In this document: in pieces, positions 20,998 to 32,000 of the stretch | Layout: each line of letters begins with the position of its first letter | Numbering within the stretch: the stretch's first letter is position 1 | The notes under the pieces: generated by a model | What the model saw: only the letters and a program-made list of their open reading frames with translations | Told to the model about the DNA's origin: nothing | Database searches by the model: none | NCBI GenBank assembly: GCA_030425805.1 | Contig: JAUHZC010000002.1 | Span: 159,020 to 223,019 of the forward strand | DNA length: 64,000 nucleotides | DNA from: Alphaproteobacteria bacterium | GTDB lineage: Bacteria > Pseudomonadota > Alphaproteobacteria > JAUHZC01 | Reading direction: 5' to 3' | Made by a program: the position numbers and the translations under genes

Positions 20998-21849
20998 TTA
21001 TCCTCTCGCGGCTGCTTTGGCTTTGAGGACCATCTCTTTCCAGAAAGCTGTGAAGGCCTCTGGCGTTGTTTTTTCCATATGGGCATTAGCACCGGTGTAA
21101 TGGATTCCAACAAATGTCACACCTTCAACATTTTCAAAGGCTTCTTGGGCAGAAGCGAGGTATTTCTCATTGTCATCAATGAGAACAATGACCTTTGGCT
21201 TTTGGCGCATGTGATCTACGAGAGCTTTTAAAGCACTTCCCTTTGTCACAGCACAGCCCTTCGTGTCCGCATTGCAGAACAAAATCCCATGTTTAAAAAC
21301 AGGAGAACGTTTCAGTGTTGAAACAAGCTCTGTCAGCACAATCCGACGCCGTCCAAGGGAAGATTGATCTTTAAAAGAAATCCCTTGGGCCTGCAGTTCA
21401 TCCCGACGATGATCTTCGATGGAGAGAATGTTCCCAACCTTCCCTGGCATTGTTCCCGTCACCGCCATGGTTTGAAATCCACGTTCTTGGAGGGCTTTCA
21501 CTTGTTTTGGTATGCTACCCTCGACAAGTTTGCTCTTCCCTTGCTTGGTGGATAAAACCTTGGCGAGAAAGCGAATTTCTTTGGGCTGGGGTTTGAGAAT
21601 TTTGTAAACAGTCTTCCGATGGGCCTTCAGATTATTCGGATAAACATTGATGTTTCCTGGCATTGTAAGCGTAAAGTCAACATCGAAACAAACCAGAATA
21701 TCCTGGGGATTGTGTCCTTTTGCTGCGACCTCAACAGCCGCTATAGCATCTGCCATTGTTGCGTAATGGGTATGAGTGCATTCTGCAGCGCTTGGGTCCG
21801 ACTGCAGCGCCATAAGCAATAAGGCCACAGTACTATATAATTTTTTCAT
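20998..21849 (-). CDS. secreted HAD-superfamily-like hydrolase
   Basis: 283 aa. Signal peptide MKKLYSTVALLLMALQSDPSAA. HAD motif I FDVDFTLT (DxDxT) and motif IV LIDDN. Its start overlaps the stop of the upstream MerR gene by 17 bp. Confidence 0.6.
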   Translation of the reverse strand: MKKLYSTVALLLMALQSDPSAAECTHTHYATMADAIAAVEVAAKGHNPQDILVCFDVDFTLTMPGNINVYPNNLKAHRKTVYKILKPQPKEIRFLAKVLSTKQGKSKLVEGSIPKQVKALQERGFQTMAVTGTMPGKVGNILSIEDHRRDELQAQGISFKDQSSLGRRRIVLTELVSTLKRSPVFKHGILFCNADTKGCAVTKGSALKALVDHMRQKPKVIVLIDDNEKYLASAQEAFENVEGVTFVGIHYTGANAHMEKTTPEAFTAFWKEMVLKAKAAARG

Positions 21850-22801
21850 TCTTTTCTCCTTTGGGATGAGGGGTGAAGTATTGGTTTTGCAACCATTCTC
21901 GTGCCATCGGACTCAGCTGTTCTCCATCTTGCAAAGAATGCAGAAAATTCTGGATGAGTTCCAGATTCCGACCACCGATTTCTGTCATGAGCGTCTGCCA
22001 CTCCTGCTTTTGTGCTGCTGTTTGAAAGGGAGCATGCTTCAATAACCTTAGGCAGCGTGTGGTGTAATACGCTTTAACCGCTTGATCCAACCACTTTGTG
22101 GTTTCCTGAGGAACAGGGCTTAGACCTGAGCGATGCCCTTTCTCCCAAGCCGCTTTGCGGGCAGCAATATGTTCTGGGGTATAGAGTTGATTGAGAATCT
22201 CCATCGCCTGCCCCGCAAGCTGATACCCTCTTTCCCCAGCTGGATCCTCACTCAAATGCTGGGAGACACCTGCAAGGACCTCTTTCCATTTTTCTTTAAA
22301 AGCCTCACGTTCTTCTTTTGAAAAGCGCTTTTTCTTATCCTCTTGGTAAGCAACATAGGCTGCTAATTCATCAGGTGTGAGGACTTGAACCATCCAACTT
22401 TTTTCGAGCGTTTCTGCCTTGTGATACAGGTGAGCCAGCTTTGTAATCTCTTCCCAGGTGAGCTCTTGGGCCGAGTCTATCTTTGTCGTTGTAGCCTCAA
22501 TCACCTTCGCAGCATTCAAAAGCTGCTGGGCTTTTTTCTCAAGAAGGATTTTTTGGGATTGAAGCCGCTGAGGCAGGGCTGTGTGAAGCTCCAGGATTTC
22601 TCGGATTTCCGAGAGCTTAAATCCAAAAAACTTTAGAGCAATGATTTGCTGAGCTTTCTCCAGGTCCTCTCGGCTATAGAGGCGATATCCGTTTTCGCAA
22701 CGGATCGAAGGCTTCAGTAAATCAATATGGTCATAATGGTGGAGGGTCTGGATGGAAACACCCAGCAAATCAGCGAATTTTTTCACATACCAACGAGACA
22801 T
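21833..22801 (-). CDS. MerR-family transcriptional regulator with extended all-helical C-terminal domain
   Basis: 322 aa. N-terminal MerR HTH VKKFADLLGVSIQTLHHYDHIDLLKP...GYRLYS. The long helical C-terminal domain is TipAS-like by composition only. Confidence 0.8.
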   Translation of the reverse strand: MSRWYVKKFADLLGVSIQTLHHYDHIDLLKPSIRCENGYRLYSREDLEKAQQIIALKFFGFKLSEIREILELHTALPQRLQSQKILLEKKAQQLLNAAKVIEATTTKIDSAQELTWEEITKLAHLYHKAETLEKSWMVQVLTPDELAAYVAYQEDKKKRFSKEEREAFKEKWKEVLAGVSQHLSEDPAGERGYQLAGQAMEILNQLYTPEHIAARKAAWEKGHRSGLSPVPQETTKWLDQAVKAYYTTRCLRLLKHAPFQTAAQKQEWQTLMTEIGGRNLELIQNFLHSLQDGEQLSPMAREWLQNQYFTPHPKGEKNEKII

Positions 22802-22912
22802 TTTTTTTCCTCTCTTGTCGTCGTTGTAAAGTATCTGGTTACCATAGGGTCAAATACTTTATGTCCCTTATATGGTACTTTTTTTATTTTTTTCAATGAG
22901 ACCCAAATATCT

Positions 22913-22941
22913 ATAAAAAAAAGGGGCCGAGGCCCCTTTCT
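22913..22941 (-). terminator. rho-independent terminator
   Basis: AAGGGGCCGAGGCCCCTT hairpin. On the minus strand it is followed by a T8 run. Lies just downstream of the gene ending at 22950. Confidence 0.6.
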
Positions 22942-22949
22942 ACATTTGA

Positions 22950-23681
22950 TTAAAACTCATCATCATCTGGGTGCTGAGCCTGTTGAGGGGTTTGACATCC
23001 TCTTTCCGACAAAGGATATTTCACTTTGCTGCGGGGTCTTTTTGAGGGCTCTTGAATATGATGCCGTTGAACAAGTATAGACTCTCCGGGCCGGCCTCTT
23101 TTTCCAACAAGAAGAAGATCTTTATCTGTTGTAGGAGATCCAGCAAGAACCTGTCTTGGCGGAGCAGAAAAATCCACTCCGTGCCATGATACAGCCGCAG
23201 CTGCAGCGCTAGAAGAGGAAGAAGAAGGCTGAGGTACTGCTGGCCTTGTCCTTCTTCTGGGAGGTTTTGAATAAACTTCCGTGGCAAGAGCAGCAGCGAA
23301 AGCTGCAGAAGAAGATGATGAGGATGGTGCTGTAGGCATTCTTCTTGGCTCAGGTCTGTAGGCACGGGCTGCAGTGGCGGCAGCAGCAGCTTCTTGGGCT
23401 TCACGAGCCTGCTCAAAGTTTTCCCCTTCATCATGCCCACGTTTCATGGGTTCGCTATTACTTTTTCCGACTGGTTGGGCAAGAGCCAAGGGTTCTGAAA
23501 ATCTGTGGGAACCTTCAGCAGGCTCACTCCTCACACTCCCAGTCTCTGGGCTTTCTGCAGTAGCAATTCCAGAATGATCAGTTCCTGTCTCCCACCCCTC
23601 TGATTCTGAAGCTTCTGCAGCTGAAAAGAGAGGAACAGTCATCAAAACAGACAGAACAAATAAAATATTTTCTTTTTTCAT
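22950..23681 (-). CDS. hypothetical secreted low-complexity (poly-Ser/Ala) protein
   Basis: Signal peptide MKKENILFVLSVLMTVPLFSAA. The start was chosen at the second Met. Runs SSSSSSAAFAAA and SSSSSSAAAAAV. Acidic C-terminus. Confidence 0.5.
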   Translation of the reverse strand: MKKENILFVLSVLMTVPLFSAAEASESEGWETGTDHSGIATAESPETGSVRSEPAEGSHRFSEPLALAQPVGKSNSEPMKRGHDEGENFEQAREAQEAAAAATAARAYRPEPRRMPTAPSSSSSSAAFAAALATEVYSKPPRRRTRPAVPQPSSSSSSAAAAAVSWHGVDFSAPPRQVLAGSPTTDKDLLLVGKRGRPGESILVQRHHIQEPSKRPRSKVKYPLSERGCQTPQQAQHPDDDEF

Positions 23682-23779
23682 AAAACAAACCATTTTTATT
23701 AAAAATAATTTGTTTTTTTATTTTTACAACAATTAAACTTTTAATGAATTTTTATAAATACTTAAAATGCTATTACAAT

Positions 23780-23806
23780 AAAAAAAGGGGGCCGAAGCCC
23801 CCCTTT
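23780..23806 (-). terminator. rho-independent terminator downstream of hppA
   Basis: GGGGGCCGAAGCCCCC hairpin plus T7 on the minus strand. Nearly identical to the 22913-22941 module. Confidence 0.6.
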
Positions 23807-23831
23807 CTAAAAACGCAGATTCAAAAGAATC

Positions 23832-25937
23832 TTACATGATGAACTGAGCCAAGATGGAGATCATCAACAATGCAACGATGTTTGTAATCTTGATCATTGG
23901 GTTCACGGCAGGACCAGCTGTATCCTTGTAAGGATCTCCCACTGTATCTCCTGTTACAGAAGCCTTGTGAGCCTCTGACCCTTTACCACCAAAGTGACCA
24001 TCTTCAATGTACTTCTTGGCGTTATCCCAAGCACCACCACCGGATGTCATGGAGATCGCAACGAAAAGTCCTGTTACGATTGTTCCCAAAAGCATCGCAC
24101 CAACAGTGATGAAAGCAGATTCTGCACCAGAGATTTGGTTGATCACAAGCCAAACCACAACAGGCGCAAATACAGGCAGCATGGAAGGCACGATCATTTC
24201 CCGAATCGCAGACTTCGTGAGAAGGTCTACAGCCCGGCTATAATCTGGCTTTGCTTTTCCTGTCATAATGCCTTTGATTTCTTTGAACTGGCGACGCACT
24301 TCAACAACAACCTCAGAACCAGCACGGCCAACAGCCATCATGCCCATCGCACCGAAAAGGTAAGGCAACAGGCCGCCAATAAAGAGACCGATCACGACAT
24401 AAGGATCTTCAAGACTAAAGGTAATGTTGAGCTTACCTGCAAAGAAGTGCTGAAGGTCTTGTGTGTATGCCGCAAAAAGAACAAGAGCTGCAAGACCAGC
24501 AGATCCAATCGCGTACCCTTTTGTCACAGCCTTTGTTGTGTTTCCAACAGCATCCAAAGCATCTGTCACTTTACGTACATCACTTGGAAGCTCAGCCATT
24601 TCAGCAATACCACCAGCATTGTCTGTGATTGGACCATAAGCATCCAAGGCCACAACCACACCAGCCAAAGCCAACATTGTTGTTGCTGCAATAGCAATTC
24701 CAAAGAGGCCAGCATTCATGAAGCTCACAAGGATTCCGGCACAGATTACAAGCACAGGCAGCGCACAAGCTTCCATGCTCACAGCCAATCCTTGGATAAT
24801 GTTTGTGGCATGACCTGTTGTGGAAGCCTCAGCCACACTCTTCACAGGACGATATTCCGTGGATGTGTAGTACTCAGTAATCCAAACAAGAGCTGCCGTC
24901 ACCAAAAGACCTGTGAGGGAACATACGAGGATGTTTGTGGAGCTCACAAGCTTCTCATCAATGACCAAATCATTTGGAATCATGTTCAGTGTGACGAGAA
25001 CAATCAGTCCTCCAGAGATCACAGCAGCTGTGATAAACCCTTTATAGAGGGCACCCATCACATTCTCAGACTTGCCAAGCTTGACAAAGAAAGTCCCGAT
25101 AATGGAGCCAATAATACAAACAGCCCCAATCACCAAAGGATACATCATCATTGTTGCCTGATAAGCCCCAGTCACGAACAGAGAGGCAAGAACCATTGTT
25201 GCAACAATCGTTACAGCATAAGTCTCAAACAAGTCAGCAGCCATTCCAGCACAGTCACCCACATTGTCACCAACGTTATCAGCAATCACACCAGGGTTAC
25301 GGGGGTCATCCTCAGGAATACCAGCTTCGATCTTTCCAACAAGGTCTGCACCAACGTCAGCACCTTTTGTGAAGATACCACCACCCAAGCGGGCAAAGAT
25401 GGAAATAAGAGATGCACCAAAGGACAAAGCCACAAGAGACTCTGTAAGAAGGCGATCTTCTGTCCCCATTGCAGAAAGCACATAGTAGTATCCTGTTACG
25501 CTGAGAAGACCAAGAGCCACAACCAACATTCCTGTGATGGCCCCACCCTTAAATGCGATATCAAGCGCAGGATGCATTCCTTTACGGGCAGCTTCAGCTG
25601 TACGCACATTAGACCGGACAGATACATTCATTCCAATATACCCTGCAAGCCCAGAGAGAACCGACCCAATGACAAAGCCAAGGGCAACTTCAAGGGAGAG
25701 CAAGAAGTAAAGGATAATCGCCACAACAGCTCCCACAGCCATAATTGTGGAATACTGGCGATTGAGGTAGGCACTTGCCCCCTCCTGAATCGCACCTGCA
25801 ATCTCTTGCATGCGCTTGTTACCTGTGCTGGCCTCACTAACCCGAGACCAGGCATAGGCACTGTAGGCCAAAGCCAAGAGGATCGATCCAAAAATCAACC
25901 CGTAACATAGTTCAAGTGACATTTCGTCATTCTCCAT
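23832..25937 (-). CDS. hppA: membrane-bound proton-translocating pyrophosphatase
   Basis: 701 aa. Conserved V-PPase motifs GGG(I/A)[14 protein letters not shown] and DNVGDNVGD. 15-16 TM helices. Confidence 0.95.
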   Translation of the reverse strand: MENDEMSLELCYGLIFGSILLALAYSAYAWSRVSEASTGNKRMQEIAGAIQEGASAYLNRQYSTIMAVGAVVAIILYFLLSLEVALGFVIGSVLSGLAGYIGMNVSVRSNVRTAEAARKGMHPALDIAFKGGAITGMLVVALGLLSVTGYYYVLSAMGTEDRLLTESLVALSFGASLISIFARLGGGIFTKGADVGADLVGKIEAGIPEDDPRNPGVIADNVGDNVGDCAGMAADLFETYAVTIVATMVLASLFVTGAYQATMMMYPLVIGAVCIIGSIIGTFFVKLGKSENVMGALYKGFITAAVISGGLIVLVTLNMIPNDLVIDEKLVSSTNILVCSLTGLLVTAALVWITEYYTSTEYRPVKSVAEASTTGHATNIIQGLAVSMEACALPVLVICAGILVSFMNAGLFGIAIAATTMLALAGVVVALDAYGPITDNAGGIAEMAELPSDVRKVTDALDAVGNTTKAVTKGYAIGSAGLAALVLFAAYTQDLQHFFAGKLNITFSLEDPYVVIGLFIGGLLPYLFGAMGMMAVGRAGSEVVVEVRRQFKEIKGIMTGKAKPDYSRAVDLLTKSAIREMIVPSMLPVFAPVVVWLVINQISGAESAFITVGAMLLGTIVTGLFVAISMTSGGGAWDNAKKYIEDGHFGGKGSEAHKASVTGDTVGDPYKDTAGPAVNPMIKITNIVALLMISILAQFIM

Positions 25938-25992
25938 TTTGTTTACATGAAATTTAAAATGACAGAATCTGCCACCCAGTGCAATCCTGAAA

Positions 25993-26325
25993 TCAGTTTT
26001 CAGCAGGGGCCATAGCGTTTTTTTCTTCTATGTCATAAAGGACAACTTCACCAGGGCGTTGAAAAACAATGTTTTTCTTTGATTCTTCTTCCAAAAGATC
26101 AAGCGAAAGAGAGTCCGTATGCAACCCCTTCACCTTACGCTCCATGGACATTTTTTCTGCCTGAAGTTGTGTCTTTTGTTCTTTAGCTTTATCAAGCATG
26201 TCATAGGTTTCAACAAGAGCCCGCACGCCCCGATTCCCCTCAATAAAGTGGTAGGAGAAGTACAGAATCCCAAGGGCTAAAAAGACCCAATAGAGAAATG
26301 AACGTGGGAGATTATTGATGATCAT
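25993..26325 (-). CDS. ftsB: septum formation initiator, FtsB/DivIC-like cell division protein
   Basis: 110 aa. Single N-terminal TM helix followed by a coiled coil ([22 protein letters not shown]). Confidence 0.65.
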   Translation of the reverse strand: MIINNLPRSFLYWVFLALGILYFSYHFIEGNRGVRALVETYDMLDKAKEQKTQLQAEKMSMERKVKGLHTDSLSLDLLEEESKKNIVFQRPGEVVLYDIEEKNAMAPAEN

Positions 26326-26426
26326 GCTCCCTATTATAGATGAGCTTTGGCTAAAGTGGCAATATATGCAAAACTTGATTTTAGGATCTACGATTCCTAT
26401 ATGGCTTAAAATTTATGGAAAATAGA

Positions 26427-26999
26427 ATGAAGAACCTTGCATTAACGCTTTTAATAATCACTGCTTTATCCGCAAAAGCCCATGCTGCTAATAATGCTCA
26501 AGATGCTGCAATACCTCTTTCTGGGCAGACGGATCTCAATGCTGCCCCCTCTCTTTTTGCCTATGCTGCCCTTCGCGAACCACAAGCTGATGGCCTTACC
26601 AGAGCAATAGCCTCTTTGAGAAATGGCACAACACGTGGTGGAGGTGCTCTACGTGGAAATGTCACCATTTCAGTATGCCCCACAGATGCAGAAGATGGTC
26701 GTGTTCTTTTCTCTTTAGTTCCTGACCGAGAACATGCACCAGATCCTTTTCCACTCTCCTGGCATGCGACGAATGTTGAAACAGAAATAGGCCAGCTTGC
26801 TGAAGCCTTGGCCGCCAATACAACAATCACACACTTTTACTTTGAGAATATGGGAGTCCCTGGCAATATAGCTGCCCTTCGTGAAGCTGCAGAAAACAAC
26901 TCGCATATTATTGAAAGCACATTCCCCCAAATGGCAGGAGAAGAGCTAGCTGCAGAGACAGCAACAGCAGGTGGCGGAGCCGCCGCCGTTGAAGATTAA
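26427..26999 (+). CDS. hypothetical secreted protein
   Basis: Signal peptide MKNLALTLLIITALSAKAHA. Ala/Gly-rich C-terminus. An alternative start lies 12 bp upstream at 26415. Confidence 0.5.
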   Translation: MKNLALTLLIITALSAKAHAANNAQDAAIPLSGQTDLNAAPSLFAYAALREPQADGLTRAIASLRNGTTRGGGALRGNVTISVCPTDAEDGRVLFSLVPDREHAPDPFPLSWHATNVETEIGQLAEALAANTTITHFYFENMGVPGNIAALREAAENNSHIIESTFPQMAGEELAAETATAGGGAAAVED

Positions 27000-27026
27000 G
27001 GGAAGCAGCTGCTCTTTTTGCAGCTT

Positions 27027-27530
27027 TTACCCGACAGCTTTTTCTAATTCGAGCAACTGAGATTTTGTGGATAGACCTCCAGCATAGCCGCCTAATTGGC
27101 CGCCACTGTTAATCACGCGATGGCAAGGAATCAGGATGGGAACAGGGTTCAAGCCATTGGCCCGTCCCACAGCCCTTGAGGCTTTTGGGTTCCCAAGATT
27201 GATGGCCTGCTCTTTGTAGGAGGCAACTGCACCGTAAGGGATTTTCTTCAAAGCCTCCCAAGCCTTCTGTTGAAAAGCTGTTCCTTCTGCCTTCACAGGA
27301 GTTTGAAAAACCTTCAACTTTCCCTGGAAGTAGAGCGTTAATTCATTTCTCAAAGCTTCAGAGAGAGACGTCTGCTTCCGGACAAGATTTTCCCCATAAT
27401 TTTCTTTGAGCTTGGCAAGACAAGAAGACACCCCATCTTGTGCAAAAGCCAATCGACACAAGGCCTCTTCGTTAAAAACACCCACTAGAGACCCTAGGGG
27501 TGTTTCAAAAACGTCATATGTGTAAGACAT
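27027..27530 (-). CDS. ogt: methylated-DNA--protein-cysteine methyltransferase
   Basis: 167 aa. Active-site motif IPCHRVI and helix-turn-helix region YGAVASYKEQA. Confidence 0.85.
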   Translation of the reverse strand: MSYTYDVFETPLGSLVGVFNEEALCRLAFAQDGVSSCLAKLKENYGENLVRKQTSLSEALRNELTLYFQGKLKVFQTPVKAEGTAFQQKAWEALKKIPYGAVASYKEQAINLGNPKASRAVGRANGLNPVPILIPCHRVINSGGQLGGYAGGLSTKSQLLELEKAVG

Positions 27531-27532
27531 GA

Positions 27533-27808
27533 TTAATCAGGGCTACTTTCGTCACTTGAATCGGAGGTATCATAATTCCGTCCAAGATCCTGTTGGCCAC
27601 GAGGTAAGTCAAGAGACTGCAAACCAACTGTCCGCTCATCCTCAAGCCCCTCTGCCTTAGCCTTTTCACGGGCCTTGCGATCAGAAACGCACTTAATATA
27701 GTCACCACGCTCAGAAGAATAGTATTTCTGACAATCATCTCTCCAGTTATTGCTTGCGCAAGAACCAACAACCGTAAATACCGTTAATCCAAGGAAATAC
27801 TTATACAT
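27533..27808 (-). CDS. hypothetical small lipoprotein
   Basis: 91 aa. Signal peptide plus lipobox-like VVGSC. Acidic Ser/Asp-rich C-terminus. Separated by 2 bp from the ogt start, so it is the upstream gene of the operon. Confidence 0.45.
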   Translation of the reverse strand: MYKYFLGLTVFTVVGSCASNNWRDDCQKYYSSERGDYIKCVSDRKAREKAKAEGLEDERTVGLQSLDLPRGQQDLGRNYDTSDSSDESSPD

Positions 27809-27875
27809 GAGGACCTCACAATCTCCTTCAAGGTTAGCTTATTTTTCAAAACTTTCAAGAGGGTTTTTTATGATT

Positions 27876-28949
27876 TTAATCATCTTCTTTTTGAATTTGA
27901 ATTGTCTGTGTTGGATAAGCAAAAGGCACCTTATCCTTTTCAAACACATCCTTAATCTTGTACAAAACTTCCTCTTTAATACGCATATATTCGCGGTATA
28001 CAGAAGTTGTTGTATAAAATCGGCAGTAGATCAAAAGCGCACTATCTCCAAAACTATCGAAATAGACAAAGGGGGGAATCACTTTTTTGTCGACTTCTTC
28101 ATGTTCTTTAAGAATCTCTTTAATCCTATTTTCAAGCAAATGCATTTTCTTTGAGCTAATGCTGTAGGGCACCGTGAGCTTCATCCTGACTTCGCGTGTT
28201 GGGCGGCGGGAAAAGTTTGTAATTTCCTGATCTGCAAGTTTTGCATTTGGAACAACGACGAGGCCCTTATCAAACTGACGAATTGTGGTTGTGCGGAATC
28301 CAATTTCTTCAATTTCTCCTTCTACAGAAGGCGTACGGATCCAATCCCCACGGGAAAAAGCATCATCCAGCATAATGGCTACAGACCCAAAAAGATGCTT
28401 TAGGGTGTCCTGAGAAGCAAAAGCTAGCGCTGCAGTGATGATTCCGATTCCACCAACAAGCACAGAAACATCAACACCCCACGATCCTAAGAGCCCGATA
28501 AAGCCAAAAATGAAAATAACCACCCGGGCTATCCGTGCCATGAATTGAACCAAGTCTTTACTAATGGAAAAGTCTAACTTTGTTAGACTCCGCTGAGAAA
28601 TATCCGCAAGAGGTGTTGTCAGGTTATACCCCGCCCACAACAAGATGATAAAAATCATTGTTGAGTAAACTGCACCGATAAAAGGGAAATCTTGCTTTTT
28701 AAACCCAATGAGGACAACACCCATATAGACCCCCACAACAAAAATAAGCATGCCAATAGGGCCGGATAGGGCTGCAACAACTGAATCAACAGCGTCTGTC
28801 CGCTTTTCAGTTACAAGTCTTGCGCCATAGCGAATAATGGGCCGACGGATATAGTAAGCTCCACACATCACAAGGAAGCCTAAAGCAAGCCCCATGAGGC
28901 GCTCCAAACTAATGAGCTCAAGGAGAAAATCAAGGATTGAGTTTAGCAT
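27876..28949 (-). CDS. mscS: small-conductance mechanosensitive channel (MscS family)
   Basis: 357 aa. N-terminal TM helices and the conserved MscS beta domain (GDWIRTPSVEGEIEEIGFRTTTIRQFDKGLVVVPN). Confidence 0.85.
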   Translation of the reverse strand: MLNSILDFLLELISLERLMGLALGFLVMCGAYYIRRPIIRYGARLVTEKRTDAVDSVVAALSGPIGMLIFVVGVYMGVVLIGFKKQDFPFIGAVYSTMIFIILLWAGYNLTTPLADISQRSLTKLDFSISKDLVQFMARIARVVIFIFGFIGLLGSWGVDVSVLVGGIGIITAALAFASQDTLKHLFGSVAIMLDDAFSRGDWIRTPSVEGEIEEIGFRTTTIRQFDKGLVVVPNAKLADQEITNFSRRPTREVRMKLTVPYSISSKKMHLLENRIKEILKEHEEVDKKVIPPFVYFDSFGDSALLIYCRFYTTTSVYREYMRIKEEVLYKIKDVFEKDKVPFAYPTQTIQIQKEDD

Positions 28950-29097
28950 AGCGTCCCTTCTTTATGAGTTAGGACAAGTTATACTGTTTTAAGAAGCTTT
29001 TCAAGATAGAGCAAGGGGGCAAGCTGCTCTCAATGACAGAAAAACTTGAATCAGAACTGGATTTTTTCATTAAAGGTCCTTAGGTAACTCTATATAG

Positions 29098-32000
29098 TTG
29101 GGAAAGTACCGCATGGTCAAACAGAGCCCTCCTTTAAGCACAAAGCTGCTGCCCAGTTTTTATTCAAGCTTAAAAAACGAGAAAAACAGAATTCTCGTTG
29201 GGGACTTTGAAGCGACCTTCAGTGAGTTTGATTGCCTTGCAATTTTTCACCACATCAAAGAAAAGCCCCGAGAACAAACAGCTCAAATTCTTAACCTCTC
29301 CCCTAACAGTGTGGATACACACCTCAGAAACTTCAGAGCGGATAAAAATGGGTATCTCAAAATTCCAAATCTAGCCCGATACCTTAATAACTGTGATGAA
29401 GCCTCGCAAAATGCTTTACAACTTCATTATCGACGGTGGGAGGTGGAGGATGCTTTCCAGAAGGATTATCTCCAAAGCCTGAAGAGCAAGCACCTCCATC
29501 AACAAAAAGGCTTCTTGAGGGTAGACAGAGATATTGATCAAAGCCAGATCCCAATAAAGCAGTTTGAAAAGCACCTCAAACTCGCAGGTATTGATCTTAC
29601 TTTAGATGAAGACAAAGATGTGTCCTTTAGTTTTCACATCACCAAGGGGCAAGAGAATTATCTAAGCCCAGATGAGGCTCAAGAAGCATCCGGTATTGTC
29701 ATATTAATTGATGATCACATATCCAGGAATCATCATACATATGACCTCCCAAATCATGACGACTACTACATAGCATTGTTACGTATTTTACACACCCTTT
29801 ACCCCTCACAATTACCTGAAGAAAAAATTGAAGAGTTCAAAAAAAAGCAAGAAGCTCTTTTAAAGGGGTGTGTCAAAATCAAACAGAGAAAAATGTCTTC
29901 TCTAAAAAAAACACCCTCCCCTAAGCTCCTATACGTTCTTCTCGTTGCCACTGTGGCGTTTTGGGTAACAAAGGCAAGCTATGATATTCTCTATAGCGTT
30001 CCAAAAGTTCATTCAGAGCTCTCCTCTTTGCCGGAAAACCATGCATTCTTAGATCGCAGAGAGCTTATTAAAAAAATTGAAGAAAAGTTTAATGATGGAG
30101 GTGACATAAAAGTCGTTGGCATTGTTGGCATCGGAGGCGCGGGTAAAACAACACTTGCTTATCATTACGCACGCCTCCAAGAAACGCCTGTCATCTGGGC
30201 CATTAATGCTGAGACAAAGGAAAGCTTACTCCTCTCGTTTCAAAATTTGGCAAATAATTTGGCGAACACACCGCTCTTACGGGAACAGCTTAGATCCATC
30301 TCTGAATTGGGAGATTATGATAAAGAAAAAAGACTTTTCATGTTTATCACAAGACTCCTTAAAAGGTATCCAAATTGGATTCTAATTTACGATAACGTAG
30401 AGGACTACACCCAACTAAAGAGATATTTCCCGCACAGCAGCAGAGTCTGGGGAAAGGGAAGCGTCATCATCACATCCCAGGACATGCATATTTCTAACAC
30501 AAGTTATATCAAGCCAGATAAAATAGTGATCGTAGAGGGACTTAAACCCCGTGAAAGCCTGAGTCTTTTTAAAAAGATTTTTTTTAACTCTCCTGACCAC
30601 CCGTTAAGCGAGCCCCAGAAGGAAGAAATCACTAATTTCTTAAAGAAGATACCTCCCCTGCCTCTCGATGTTTCTCTTGCTGCCTATTATCTTAAAGAGA
30701 CTGGAATTTCCTTTAATTCATATTCACAGCACCTGAATAAAAAGCAGCTAGAATTTGAGAAAATGCAGAAGGAAGTTTTGGGAAATACGAGCTTTTATAA
30801 AGAGACTCGACTGAGCATTGCTGATTTAACATTTAAAAAAATTGTGCAAATCAATCAGGAATTCAAAGAGCTTTTATTTTTGGTAGGATTGCTAGACTCC
30901 CAAAACATTCCTCGGAATTTCCTATACATGTATAAAGATAGCCTCATTGTTGACAATTTCATTTACCAACTTAAAAAGTACTCGCTTATCACGAACGAAT
31001 CACACGGAACCCCTTTGGGAACAACTTTTTCGATTCATCGATTCATGCATACAGTGATGTTTTCAAATACCAGGGAAAGCCTAGAACCTAGCAAGCAAAA
31101 AGCCATTCTAGAGAAAGCAGCCGCCATATTTGAAAACTATGCAAACTCACTGCTCGAAAAAATTGATTTATCAGAGATGAAATTTTTTATACCGCATTGC
31201 GACATGTTTCTTAAACATACACACCTTATCTCCCCAAGAAGAAGCGCCCGAATATATAGAGAATTAGGGGACATGTATTATTATTTGAGGGACGATCGTA
31301 AGGCAAAAAAACTTCTGGAAGAAAGCTTGAAAATCAACCGAGATGATAATCCTAATGATATAGACAGGGCACATGTGCTTGTCTTCTTAAGCCATATTGA
31401 TGTCGTACTTGGCAAAAACAAAAAGGCCCAGCTTTTGCTAAAAAAAGTAGAGAAGAAATACAAAGAAGTTTTGAAAAAAAACACACTCGAAGTTGGAAGA
31501 CTGCTCGTTGCGATGGGGGAAATGTACGGATATTTAGGTAGATTTAAAAAAGCGAAGGAAGTTGTAGAAAGAGGATACAAGATCCATCAAAAATTCCATG
31601 ATCTCATAGGATTTGCAAGAACCATGGCCTATTTAGGAGTCTCTCTTGGTTGTTTAGGAGACTACGAAAAAGCCATACCGCTTATGGAAAAGAGTTTAGA
31701 AATTTACAAGAAGCATTACAAAAGTGACATAAACTATGCATGGCTATTGGTTCACCTTGGTGAATTTTATGGCAAAACGGGGAATTACAAAAAAGCCCTT
31801 CAGCTTATCAACCTTGGCACAAAATCATATAAAGACAATTTACCCCACCCTCATGCTGATATCGCTTGGGCTTTACTGTACCAAACAGGAGCTTATTTAA
31901 ACCTCAAAAACATTCCTAAAGCTCAAGAAGCGGCAGAAGAGGGAATGAAGGTACATAAGATGTTGTTTGATGAAAATAATGTCAGAATGGCTGAGGCAAA

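Noticed and set aside
23994-25910. 638-aa ORF on the plus strand (His/Cys/Asn-rich translation)
   Set aside because: It lies entirely antisense to the strongly supported hppA gene. Its composition is non-protein-like, so it is a shadow ORF.
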